Below, in pieces: positions 30,296 through 41,018 of a stretch of DNA of 64,000 nt. The stretch is from Octopus vulgaris. Taxonomy: Eukaryota. The stretch spans positions 31,992,001 to 32,056,000 of the forward strand of contig OX597822.1 of the NCBI GenBank assembly GCA_951406725.2, written 5' to 3'. The translations under genes and the position numbers were made by a program. Every line of letters begins with the position of its first letter. Position 1 is the first letter of the stretch. The notes under the pieces were generated by a model that had not been told where the DNA came from, ran no database searches, and saw only the letters and a list, made by a program, of their open reading frames with translations.

Positions 30296-30681
30296 AGCCC
30301 AAGACGGAACAGATATTTTCACGAGGCATTTCCGACGTTGCCAAGTTTATATCTGACCTAAAATTTTCAAATCGTCGCACTCGCGCCAAATTTATCGGCA
30401 GCAAATAAATATAAGCCGTCGATTCAATTACGGAATTAACCAGAAAATTCATAATTAATCAATATAGGGTGGCAAAAAAAATTTTGTAGAATTCTTTTGC
30501 CACCAGCGGCCTAGTAGGAAAAAATTAAAATAGTCATAGACCATTTTTAAGTTCAACATCAACAATAAAGGAACGGCCATAATAGGCCATACACCCACTA
30601 GAAATAACAGCCAAAGCTTCAACCGCAAATAAAAGTTAATTCAGTAAACCAGGAGAAAATTTAAAAAACATTTACCCTGTA

Positions 30682-30788
30682 ATTTCTTATACGATATACC
30701 GTTTCATCTGCTGATTAATGGTAAACCAACCTGATTAAATTAAATCAAGCCAATCTTCCACAGGCCCTCAGATTCTTCAGTAAGAAAT
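30682..30788 (-). ncRNA. Type I hammerhead ribozyme (array unit 2)
   Basis: Same core and stems as unit 1. Confidence 0.85.
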
Positions 30789-31174
30789 AGCCCAAGACGG
30801 AACAGATATTTTCACGAGGCATTTCCGACGTTGCCAAGTTTATATCTGACCTAAAATTTTCAAATCGTCGCACTCGCGCCAAATTTATCGGCAGCAAATA
30901 AATATAAGCCGTCGATTCCATTACGGAATTAACCAGAAAATTCATAATTAATCAATATAGGGTGGCAAAAAAAATTTTGTAGAATTCTTTTGCCACCAGC
31001 GGCCTAGTAGGAAAAAATTAAAATAGTCATAGACCATTTTTAAGTTCAACATCAACAATAAAGGAACGGCCATAATAGGCCATTCACCCACTAGAAATAA
31101 CAGCCAAAGCTTCAACCGCAAATAAAAGTTAATTCAGTAAACCAGGAGAGAATTTAAAAAACATTTACCCTGTA

Positions 31175-31281
31175 ATTTCTTATACGATATACCGTTTCAT
31201 CTGCTGATTAATGGTAAACCAACCTGATTAAATTAAATCAAGCCAATCTTCCACAGGCCCTCAGATTCTTCAGTAAGAAAT
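31175..31281 (-). ncRNA. Type I hammerhead ribozyme (array unit 3)
   Basis: Same core and stems as unit 1. Confidence 0.85.
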
Positions 31282-31666
31282 AGCCCAAGACGGAACAGAT
31301 ATTTTCACGAGGCATTTCCGACGTTGCCAAGTTTATATCTGACCTAAAATTTTCAAATCGTCGCACTCGCGCCAAATTTATCGGCAGCAAATAAATATAA
31401 GCCGTCGATTCCATTACGGAATTAACCAGAAAATTCATAATTAATCAATATAGGGTGGCAAAAAAATTTTGTAGAATTCTTTTGCCACCAGCGGCCTAGT
31501 AGGAAAAAATTAAAATAGTCATAGACCATTTTTAAGTTCAACATCAACAATAAAGGAACGGCCATAATAGGCCATTCACCCACTAGAAATAACAGCCAAA
31601 GCTTCAACCGCAAATAAAAGTTAATTCAGTAAACCAGGAGAAAATTTAAAAAACATTTACCCTGTA

Positions 31667-31773
31667 ATTTCTTATACGATATACCGTTTCATCTGCTGAT
31701 TAATGGTAAACCAACCTGATTAAATTAAATCAAGCCAATCTTCCACAGGCCCTCAGATTCTTCAGTAAGAAAT
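31667..31773 (-). ncRNA. Type I hammerhead ribozyme (array unit 4)
   Basis: Same core and stems as unit 1. Confidence 0.85.
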
Positions 31774-32274
31774 AGCCCAAGACGGAACAGATATTTTCAC
31801 GAGGCATTTCCGACGTTGCCAAGTTTATATCTGACCTAAAATTTTCAAATCGTCGCACTCGCGCCAAATTTATCGGCAGCAAATAAATATAAGCCGTCGA
31901 TTTTTTAAAATTTTCTCCTGGTTTACTGAATTAACTTTTATTTGCGGTTGAAGCTTTGGCTGTTATTTCTAGTGGGTGAATGGCCTATTATGGCCGTTCC
32001 TTTATTGTTGATGTTGAACTTAAAAATGGTCTATGACTATTTTAATTTTTTCCTACTAGGCCGCTGGTGGCAAAAGAATTCTACAAAATTTTTTTTGCCA
32101 CCCTATATTGATTAATTATGAATTTTCTGGTTAATTCCGTAATGGAATCGACGGCTTATATTTATTTGCTGCCGATAAATTTGGCGCGAGTGCGACGATT
32201 TGAAAATTTTAGGTCAGATATAAACTTGGCAACGTCGGAAATGCCTCGTGAAAATATCTGTTCCGTCTTGGGCT

Positions 32275-32381
32275 ATTTCTTACTGAAGAATCTGAGGGCC
32301 TGTGGAAGATTGGCTTGATTTAATTTAATCAGGTTAGTTTACCATTAATCAGCAGATGAAACGGTATATCGTATAAGAAAT
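32275..32381 (+). ncRNA. Type I hammerhead ribozyme (inverted arm, unit 1)
   Basis: Stem I ATTTCTTA (32275-82) pairs with TAAGAAAT (32374-81). CTGAAGA at 32283-89, stem II ATCTG/CAGAT, GAAA at 32358-61, stem III ACGG-tata-TCGT, cleavage triplet GTA at 32371-73. Confidence 0.87.
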
Positions 32382-32767
32382 TACAGGGTAAATGTTTTTT
32401 AAATTTTCTCCTGGTTTACTGAATTAACTTTTATTTGCGGTTGAAGCTTTGGCTGTTATTTCTAGTGGGTGAATGGCCTATTATGGCCGTTCCTTTATTG
32501 TTGATGTTGAACTTAAAAATGGTCTATGACTATTTTAATTTTTTCCTTCTAGGCCGCTGGTGGCAAAAGAATTCTACAAAATTTTTTTTGCCACCCTATA
32601 TTGATTAATTATGAATTTTCTGGTTAATTCCGTAATGGAATCGACGGCTTATATTTATTTGCTGCCGATAAATTTGGCGCGAGTGCGACGATTTGAAAAT
32701 TTTAGGTCAGATATAAACTTGGCAACGTCGGAAATGCCTCGTGAAAATATCTGTTCCGTCTTGGGCT

Positions 32768-32874
32768 ATTTCTTACTGAAGAATCTGAGGGCCTGTGGAA
32801 GATTGGCTTGATTTAATTTAATCAGGTTGGTTTACCATTAATCAGCAGATGAAACGGTATATCGTATAAGAAAT
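32768..32874 (+). ncRNA. Type I hammerhead ribozyme (inverted arm, unit 2)
   Basis: Same core and stems as 32275-32381. Confidence 0.85.
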
Positions 32875-33261
32875 TACAGGGTAAATGTTTTTTAAATTTT
32901 CTCCTGGTTTACTGAATTAACTTTTATTTGCGGTTGAAGCTTTGGCTGTTATTTCTAGTGGGTGAATGGCCTATTATGGCCGTTCCTTTATTGTTGATGT
33001 TGAACTTAAAAATGGTCTATGACTATTTTAATTTTTTCCTACTAGGCCGCTGGTGGCAAAAGAATTCTACAAAATTTTTTTGTGCCACCCTATATTGATT
33101 AATTATGAATTTTCTGGTTAATTCCGTAATGGAATCGACGGCTTATATTTATTTGCTGCCGATAAATTTGGCGCGAGTGCGACGATTTGAAAATTTTAGG
33201 TCAGATATAAACTTGGCAACGTCGGAAATGCCTCGTGAAAATATCTGTTCCGTCTTGGGCT

Positions 33262-33368
33262 ATTTCTTACTGAAGAATCTGAGGGCCTGTGGAAGATTGG
33301 CTTGATTTAATTTAATCAGGTTGGTTTACCATTAATCAGCAGATGAAACGGTATATCGTATAAGAAAT
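33262..33368 (+). ncRNA. Type I hammerhead ribozyme (inverted arm, unit 3)
   Basis: Same core and stems as 32275-32381. Confidence 0.85.
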
Positions 33369-33490
33369 TACAGGGTAAATGTTTTTTAAATTCTCTCCTG
33401 GTTTACTGAATTAACTTTTATTTGCGGTTGAAGCTTTGGCTGTTATTTCTAGTGGGTGAATGGCCTATTATGGCCGTTCCTTTATTGTTG

Positions 33491-33519
<29 letters not shown>

Positions 33520-33522
<3 letters not shown>

Positions 33523-33910
33523 ATTTATAATTGAGGATAATATCGATATTATCAAGTGGCTAGCATGGGAATAAATACCATACAAAGGTAATAATTTTTT
33601 TACAACTATAAATAAGGGTATCTGAGAGACACCACCATGCCGAAATAGGAGTCAAACCCTCAGATACCCTTATTTATAGTTGTAAAAAATTATTACCTTT
33701 GTATGGTACTTATTCCCGTGCTGACCACTTGATAATATCGATATTATCCTATTTATAAATTTATATAATTCGTCACTATATTCACTGCGGTGTTTATTTT
33801 GACCATATCGTGCTTACGAGGTAGTTGGCGGGCAATTTAAATCTGGCCTTGTACATACGTGCATATATATATGTATGGACGTGTATATGTACGTGTTCTG
33901 TATATATCTT
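33520..33910 (+). mobile_element. Penelope pLTR/retrozyme-like element (second family) with inverted 5' segment forming a fold-back
   Basis: Arms at ~33520-33627 and 33659-33765. Colinear with 36749-37343. Confidence 0.75.
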
Positions 33911-34252
33911 TAACACATGGTACGCCTCTATAACACTGTCTCTCTCTCCCCCCTCTCCTACATTTCTCTGCCTTTCACATTTTGCACTCCACTTTGATCT
34001 GTCTCTTTCTCTCTCTCTCTCTTCTCCTCCTCCTTTGTTCCTTGTTCCCCTTCTTCCTCTCGTCATCTGTCCCTCTTTTCCTCTCTCTTCTCCTCACACG
34101 TGACTAACCGACCGATTGCTAGCCTTTACGTGGCCAGCAGCCGTCGCGGCAAGACACATTTTTCTCTCTCTCTCGCCCTGAGGCATATTTCTAACGCCAG
34201 CTCAAAATTTATTCGTCCAGTCGAAAAGACGCTTGTCTGTGACGTCCTGTTT

Positions 34253-34258
34253 TTGTTG

Positions 34259-34335
<77 letters not shown>
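34253..34335. repeat. (TTA)n microsatellite
   Basis: Direct reading. Confidence 0.9.
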
Positions 34336-34671
34336 TTGTATTTTTGTACACTTATTCGTGTTATCATTATTGTTTTTACGTATTTTTGCATTTTTATTTC
34401 TGTAACATCGTCCGGTTTTCAGTCCTTGTTTTGTATACATTCCAGTCTTTCTTCCAAGGAATCTAATGCGCTTGGCTTAGGTTTTCCTTTTGAGCTGGCC
34501 AGATCGGAGCAATCTCAATATTAATCAGCCGAAATTGCGAGGATGATCCGGTTCTTGACTGAAGATTGAAGGCTTCGAATGTCCTGTCCGTGTTTTTAGT
34601 ATTGTCTCCTAAATGTTTTACGTTCTTGTCCCAGTTTGTATTTTTTTACATTTACATATATATATATATAA

Positions 34672-34965
34672 AGAGGTAAAGACCCCCTTCGGTCATGAAT
34701 GACCATGGGATTGCACCTAGAAAGTTACCCTCCTAGACACAAGTCCGGGCAAGGTTGTTTATGGAAGACCAGCAGTCGTCCATGAATACCAGCCTCCCCT
34801 CTCCACGCCACCAGTGTTATCCAAGGGAAAGACAAAGGCCGATACAGCTTGGCACCTGTGACGTCGCAACTCATTTCTACAGTTGAGTGAACTGGAGCAA
34901 CGTGAAATAAAGTGCCTTGCTCTAGCATTAAAGACCCGTCGTTTCAGGGTGATAGTGCTAATGCA
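34672..34965 (-). mobile_element. SINE sharing its core with 520-801 but carrying a different tail
   Basis: Core actcatttctacagttgagtgaactggagcaacgtgaaataaagtg. Reverse tail ends ggtgcaatcccatggtcattcatgaccgaaggggggtcttta-like; a relic of the same tail lies at ~62585-62665 (+). Confidence 0.7.
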
Positions 34966-34977
34966 TATATATATATA

Positions 34978-35359
34978 TCTCTCTATATAAACGGCAGCTT
35001 GTCTGTGTGTGTTTCTGTGTGTCTGTTTGCTTGTACCCTCACCCTGACCACGGCTTTCAACCGATTCTGATGAAACTTGACACACACATAGCCCAATGTC
35101 ATAATTCAAAACTAACGCAGCGAAAATTTTGAAAAGTTCCCCCAGTTCTGAAAAAGATCGATAAATTCGACATGGGGTCGACAATCAGAAACACAAACCA
35201 CAGATGGTCTAGGGGACGCAACTCGACCTTTTTAACTCTCAAAAAAATTTACCATCATTTTTTCCCCCATTTTTTTGCTATTTTTTGGCTATAACTCTCT
35301 AAAAATGCTTTATAGTTATTTCCCTTACAAACCCGAGCAACGCCGGGCGATACTGCTAG
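34978..35359 (+). mobile_element. Non-autonomous Helitron with a different 5' body and the same 3' end as 20471
   Basis: a|TC start; ends cccgagcaacgccgggcgatactgCTAG|t. Confidence 0.85.
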
Positions 35360-36019
35360 TATGTCTATATATATATATATATGTGTACATATTACATGTA
35401 CATCTATATATATACATCTACACATAAAATACAAAATACAAAGTTATATCTTGATATCGCTAGTGATAACAATACTCAAAATATATAATAGACTGGAATT
35501 GTAAGCCCGTCTCTTGTAATTTCGATCAATTGTATCTTGTCCTCCCTCTTGTATAGAAGTGTGGCTACAATCCAGCCTACATCTACTTGTCCCAGATATA
35601 AAGGTAAAAATAAAATATTTCCACTTTGCAAGTCCGAGTCGAGTACTCCCTTGCACGTTCCGTTGACTCGAACCTTGCTTCTATTGTGGCGAATTTACCG
35701 CCTCTGATTAGATGTCTTTCATAGTCGCACCAAGGCACTTCAAATCTTCTTTTTTCTCTACATTGTATACTTTATAGACAATTGTCTCTGCTTTAATTTA
35801 ATTTTTTATTATCCATCTGGACTATTCCATTTCTGCACGCTAATTTAATTTTTAATTTATTCCCATTCATGTGAAACAACTTATTCAAGTTCAAGTTATT
35901 GATGCAATTTTATACCAATTGCTATTTTTTTTTATATTACGATTATATTATACTTTAGTTTGATTTTAATTATTACTTACTACATATAATTCAATTGTTA
36001 TTATTATTTTTATTGTTAA

Positions 36020-36278
36020 AGTGAAAGTATCTGGCATAAAATAGAGTAATGTTTTTGTTTCACTTTTAACACGTAATACTGAAATAGTGGAGAAGATATG
36101 ATATTGCTATGGGCTCGCTCTAGGCAAGAAGTTGAACTTTTTTTGCCCATGAAAATACATGGACCCTAAGTAAGACATGTGTAAAATTTGAATGAAATTG
36201 GTTGTGTAGTTCTCAAGTTTTAGGGAAACACACAGACAGACAGACAGACACACATTCTCAGTTTTATATATATAAAGA
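36020..36278 (-). mobile_element. Helitron-like element, 5' part
   Basis: Reverse start a|TCtttatatatataaaac..(gtct)n. Left boundary approximate. Confidence 0.55.
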
Positions 36279-36279
36279 T

Positions 36280-36499
36280 ATATATTTGTATTTATGTGCT
36301 AATGTGGTATTTTGAACTGACGAAAGCAGAGCTTATTTGAAGCAAAGCTAGAAATCCAGGATCTTGAATTATTCAGTAATATCTTTTTGCTAGTTTATTT
36401 TGTCCCTCTGTCTTATCTCATGGTGTGATATGAACATTTTTTGTGGTTTTTAGAGTCAGGCTTTGACTGCTATTTCTCATGGTGGTGTCTCTCAGATAC

Positions 36500-36503
<4 letters not shown>
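36280..36503 (+). mobile_element. Truncated copy of the second HHR retroelement family
   Basis: Colinear with 37115-37332; ends in (TA)n. Confidence 0.75.
36312..36368 (+). ncRNA. Type I hammerhead ribozyme with minimal, palindromic stem III
   Basis: ttgaa-CTGACGA-aagc..gcta-GAAA-tccagga-TC-ttgaa. One mismatch in stem I. Confidence 0.7.
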
Positions 36504-36563
<60 letters not shown>

Positions 36564-36580
36564 GTATATATACACCTATA

Positions 36581-36669
<89 letters not shown>

Positions 36670-36704
36670 TACATATACATACATATATACATACATACAC
36701 ACAC

Positions 36705-36748
<44 letters not shown>

Positions 36749-36751
<3 letters not shown>

Positions 36752-37343
36752 TATAAGTGAGGATTATATCGATATTTAAATATCGATATTATCAAGTGGC
36801 CAGCAAGAGTTTCGACTGCTATTTCGGCATGGTGGTGTCTCTCAGACACCCTAATTTTTAATTGTAAAAAATTATTACCTTTGTACGGTATTTTTTTCCC
36901 ATGCTGGCCACTTGATAATATCGATATTTAAATATCGATATAATCCTCATTTATAAATTTATATAATTCGTTATTATATTCACTGCGGTGTTTATTTTAA
37001 CCATATCGTGCTTATGGGGTTTTTGGCGGGCAATTTAACTGGCCGTGTGCATACGTACATATGTATGTATGTATGGACGCTCGTATATGTAAGTATATCG
37101 TTTGTTCTGCATATATATATCTGTATTTATGTACTCTTGATATATTCAATTGATTACGGTAAAGCTTATTCAAAGCAAAACCAGAAATCCTAGATCTTGA
37201 ATTATTCAATAACTTTAGCTTGTCTATTTTGTCCCTCTGTCTTATCTCATGGTACGATATGAACATTTAACGTGGATTCATAGTCAGAGTTTCGACTGCT
37301 ATTTCGGCATGGTGGTGTCTCTCAGACACCCTCATTTTTAATT
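36749..37343 (+). mobile_element. Penelope pLTR/retrozyme-like element: ~479-bp monomer, terminal direct repeat and inverted 5' piece
   Basis: Direct repeat at 36807-36863 and 37286-37343. 36749-36806 is the inverse of ~36902-36958. (TA)n on both sides. Confidence 0.8.
37144..37202 (+). ncRNA. Degenerate hammerhead ribozyme
   Basis: attcaa-TTGATTA-cggt..acca-GAAA-tcctaga-TC-ttgaat. Core mutated; stems covary with the 36312 copy. Confidence 0.6.
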
Positions 37344-37960
37344 ATATATATATATATATATTTGTATCATATACACATATACAGACATACATATATTTAT
37401 ATATGACGGCGGCTTCTGATCATGATTTCTTCTCTGCCTAACACAGTATTAGTCAGCTTAAGGATTAAAATAAAAGATTTTTGATCAAAGTTATTTGCAG
37501 TGTGATCGCGCCTGAAGCTATTTAGTTGAGATGTAAATTTCTTAACCACAGAGTAAGTTTTTTTTCCATGACGAAAAGGAAAATACACACTTGAAAATTT
37601 ATATATTACTCCTTGGCCAGAAACGCTCTTTGAAGGGGATACATTATCCTGTTGACTTGATCAGCTGTAACTTTTATGGATCGCATTGATTTATGATATG
37701 CGTGTAAGTACACATATTAGAGAAAACGGTGTAAGCAATTGAATCGATATCGGAACGATGAAAAGCGACATCGAGCCCAGTGACTTTTGAACGCAGAGCA
37801 TAAAAGTGATCGAGATAAACACTTGCATTTCTACACTGTTTGTTCTGAATTGTTTCCTGTTCGACCAATGAATTGTATCCACTGCAGTGCAAGCTTAAAT
37901 TTAATTTTAATCTGAATTAATAATCTCGGAGATTCACTCAGATAAACTTCTGAAACCATA

Positions 37961-38187
37961 CGTGGTGGTGTTGAAATGTTCCTGGCTTTAGATAAAAGAA
38001 AATAGAACAGAATCAGTTAATTATGTTTTTATTCAATATGTCCCCCTCTCAGATTCACACTTAACATTCTCTAAATTGCAGTGGTCCTTCAGTTTTTCTA
38101 AGACCTGTAAAAGAACTGGGAAGTTTGGAACTCGAATCAAGCCTTTCGCGATACCCTTAAAGCCAGGAACATTCCAGCACTCCCTCG
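37961..38187. mobile_element. Mariner-derived MITE
   Basis: Imperfect ~30-bp TIRs cg(t/a)gg..gtg(t/c)tg(a/g)aatgttcctggcttta with TA TSD. Confidence 0.8.
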
Positions 38188-38553
38188 TATAGGTCCCCTG
38201 TTTAACTGGACGCTGTTAGAGTTCACTGCCGACTTCACTGAAATGAGTTTGGTCCAGCATGATTATTGGGAAATTCTAGCATGTTTGATATCATCTTCAT
38301 AAACGTGGGCTGCTGTTTCTGTTTGGTGAAATATGCACTGGAAAATTAGAGCAGTGGTATTTTTCGGGGCATGCAAGCTACATTGTCAATATAGGCAAAC
38401 TTACAGATTCGAAATGATATTTGAAGAGAGGAAAGGTAAGATTTAAGATAAATTAGAACACTTAATTTGTAATAGAGAATTAAAGTATATATTAAACATT
38501 TATATTATAATGATATAATTCAATATGAAATTTTTAATTTAGTGGGTGGCAGT

Positions 38554-38719
38554 GAGGCGTCTTCAGCTCTGGTGTTGGGTGCATGTTTTCTTCTTTCTTC
38601 TGTTCCCTGGCCTCTTCGATGTGTCGTCAGCGAGTGTCAGCCGGTGACTGACTGACTTGTCAAATTTTTCCCTTTAAATATCTGCCCCAGACTCTAGCAG
38701 GCAGCCCCAGCAAGTTGTC
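38554..38719 (-). repeat. Diverged direct repeat of 40223-40393, LTR-like
   Basis: Colinear match cttcagctctg..cttctgttccctg..ctgactgacttgtcaaa..ccccagcaagttgtc. Confidence 0.7.
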
Positions 38720-40102
38720 GATAGAACTGAATGTGTAGCGTCTTGCGTATTTTAGTTTCTTCACGATGTAGCTTTTGCTTTTGGGTTCTCCTCGGTTCTT
38801 TGTTGAATCTATAAGTCAAACATCAATCAAGTATTGACATCTGAATAACTGACTGTACCCAGCCCCTAAAGTTCATTGCGAGAATGTTAGTTCGGTATCT
38901 TGGCATTTTAACCTGGAATAATAACATCTTCATCAGACATCATCACGGTAAACGTTTTCCGTCTGGCGAAAAGAGGATAAGTACCAGTAATATATTAAAT
39001 TTTGTGTAATATATTGAAGCTGCTTTTATTGTTTTGCACAGAAACTGGACGTGTGCCTAATAGACAGAAAATCAATTATGTTACTCAGCTGTTTATACAA
39101 GTTGATTGAAGTAAGTTACTAATTAGATATGAATCTGTGACTGGCTCATAAATTAGGCAACAGATAACATTTTAATGTGTTAAGTTGAGAGAGAAAGTCA
39201 TTTGAATATTGTACTCACAGCGTATTAACACGACAAAGGCATTGGGGAATAAATAATATATATGTGCTTAGATAAGAGAACAATTCAAATTCAATGTAGG
39301 TAATTATCTGAAGAAAACTAAAATATATTTGAAATCGCTATAACTGACAAGTGTAACAAACAACATTTTTCACAAACACCTGATTATGCGACGCTTGTTT
39401 TCCTCGCTAATGTATAAACTGGAAACCTTCCAAAAAAAGAATGATATAATGTATCTTTATTATTTAAGGATAACCTTTCGGACTTTAAAAGATGTAATTA
39501 TTTGAAATTCTCTTGCAAAAATAAAAGCAAAACAACAACAACAACAACAACAAAAAAAACAAAACAAAACAAAGGAATATATCAGATAAATATATACAAA
39601 AGAAATGCTAACTGAAACAACAGCAAGTATCGGTTGTTAGTTTCAGTGTTGGAGATTATAAGATAGTTTAGCACTTTATTAACTGTTAAAATATAACTTG
39701 ACAATTTGTACACATTATTCAGAGAATTTCTGCCTACAGTAGAAAGTATATCACCTAATTAATGACGAGCAGAAGAGAAATAAAATAAATACAATTATCT
39801 ATTTATGCGTGAATCTTTCACTTTCTTTAAACTGCCTTACCTTTGAAGTTAGCTAGCTGCTTGTATGATAGAGTTAAAACATTTTCCGCCCATGTAAGTC
39901 TATGCAGCATATTGCGGTAAGGAATGTAGAGCAGGAGATAATTTCGAGGTGATGTAAGATCATGAAACTGTTTCGATTCTCGTATGCACATTAATTTTGT
40001 TTCTCACGCTGCTAATCTCTGAGAAAACGTTTAATTGCATAATGTCAGACTATTCAATTTCAGAAAAAATAAAAAGCATGGAATTACAACCGTGTTTCGT
40101 GG

Positions 40103-40395
40103 TCTGCTACCACAACAGCTCCTTTATAGGATCCAGTTAGCTCAAGACATCATCAGGAGGAACCACGTCCGGTTTCGGCCCCTACTCCTCTACCGTTTTG
40201 ATGTGGCGGCCCCCTCCTTTCGGAGGTGTCTTCAGCTCTGCTGTTGGGTACATGTCTTCTTTCTTCTTTCTTCTGTTCCCTGACCTCTTTGATGGAGCGT
40301 CAGCGAATGTCAGCCAGTGGCTGACTGACTTGTCAAAATAATCCCTCTAAATAACTGTCGCTAGGCTCCAGCAGGCAACCCCAGCAAGTTGTCAC
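40103..40395 (-). mobile_element. Putative LTR with PBS-like sequence
   Basis: Repeat of 38554-38719. The reverse strand carries TGGTAGCAGA (40103-40112), resembling an initiator tRNA-Met primer binding site. Confidence 0.4.
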
Positions 40396-40597
40396 GTGGC
40401 ACTGTCTCACCTTAACTGACTAGTGAAGGCGCGTAGTCTTAGCCCGCAGATTCTCTAAATTGTGACGCGAGGAGTTTAACAAATGGTAAACATCTTGCAA
40501 TGATTAACTCTCAACTCACAAATATACATTCTACATTCAGTACATCGCCTTTCATCATAAGACTAACTCCGTATATACTCTCTTTTCACTCTTTAAT

Positions 40598-41018
40598 CTT
40601 TTACTTGTTTCAGTAATTTGACTGCGGCCATGCTGGAGCACCGCCTTTGGTCGAGCGAATCGACCCCGGGACTTATTCTTTGGAAGCCCAGTACTTATTC
40701 TATCGTTCTCTTTTGCCGAACCGCTAAGTGACGGGCACATAAACACACCAGCATCAGTTGTCAAGCGATGTTGGGGGGACAAACACAGATACACAAACAC
40801 ACACACACACGCAAACACACACAAACACGCACATATATATATCTACATATATACAACGGGCTTCTTTGAATTTCCGTCTACCAAATCCACTCACAAGGCT
40901 TTGGTCGGCCCGAGGCTATAGTAGAAGACACTTGCCCAAGGTCCCACGAAGTGGGACTGAAACCAAAACCATGTGGTTAGTAAGAAAGTTACTTACCACA
41001 GAGCCACTCCTACGCCTA
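40598..41018 (-). mobile_element. CORE-type tRNA SINE
   Basis: Full-length family match. Confidence 0.88.

Larger units (their letters stand above)
30177..33492. repeat. Tandem plus inverted array of a 493-bp HHR-containing monomer (retrozyme or Penelope pLTR-like)
   Basis: About 3.5 units at 30177-31902, then about 3.2 inverted units at 31901-33492. Units differ by only a few bases. (TA)n on both flanks. Confidence 0.95.

Noticed and set aside
30597-30615. ctagaaataacag resembling the Cas9 sgRNA scaffold
   Set aside because: A short imperfect match, on the antisense strand of a conserved repeat motif; coincidence.
30252-33305. Repeated 66-aa ORF (MNFLVNSVMEST...)
   Set aside because: It recurs only because the DNA repeats. 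It has no recognisable domain and overlaps the ribozyme.
30177-33492. CRISPR array or simple satellite
   Set aside because: There are no unique spacers and the context is eukaryotic. The HHR and the breakpoint geometry explain it better.
33622-33660. ctgagagac..gtc(g)aaac read as an HHR
   Set aside because: The core does not fit CUGANGA, and the family's real HHR lies on the opposite strand.
34395-34655. Possible further pLTR-like insert containing CTGAAGA
   Set aside because: No GAAA core or stems could be assembled.
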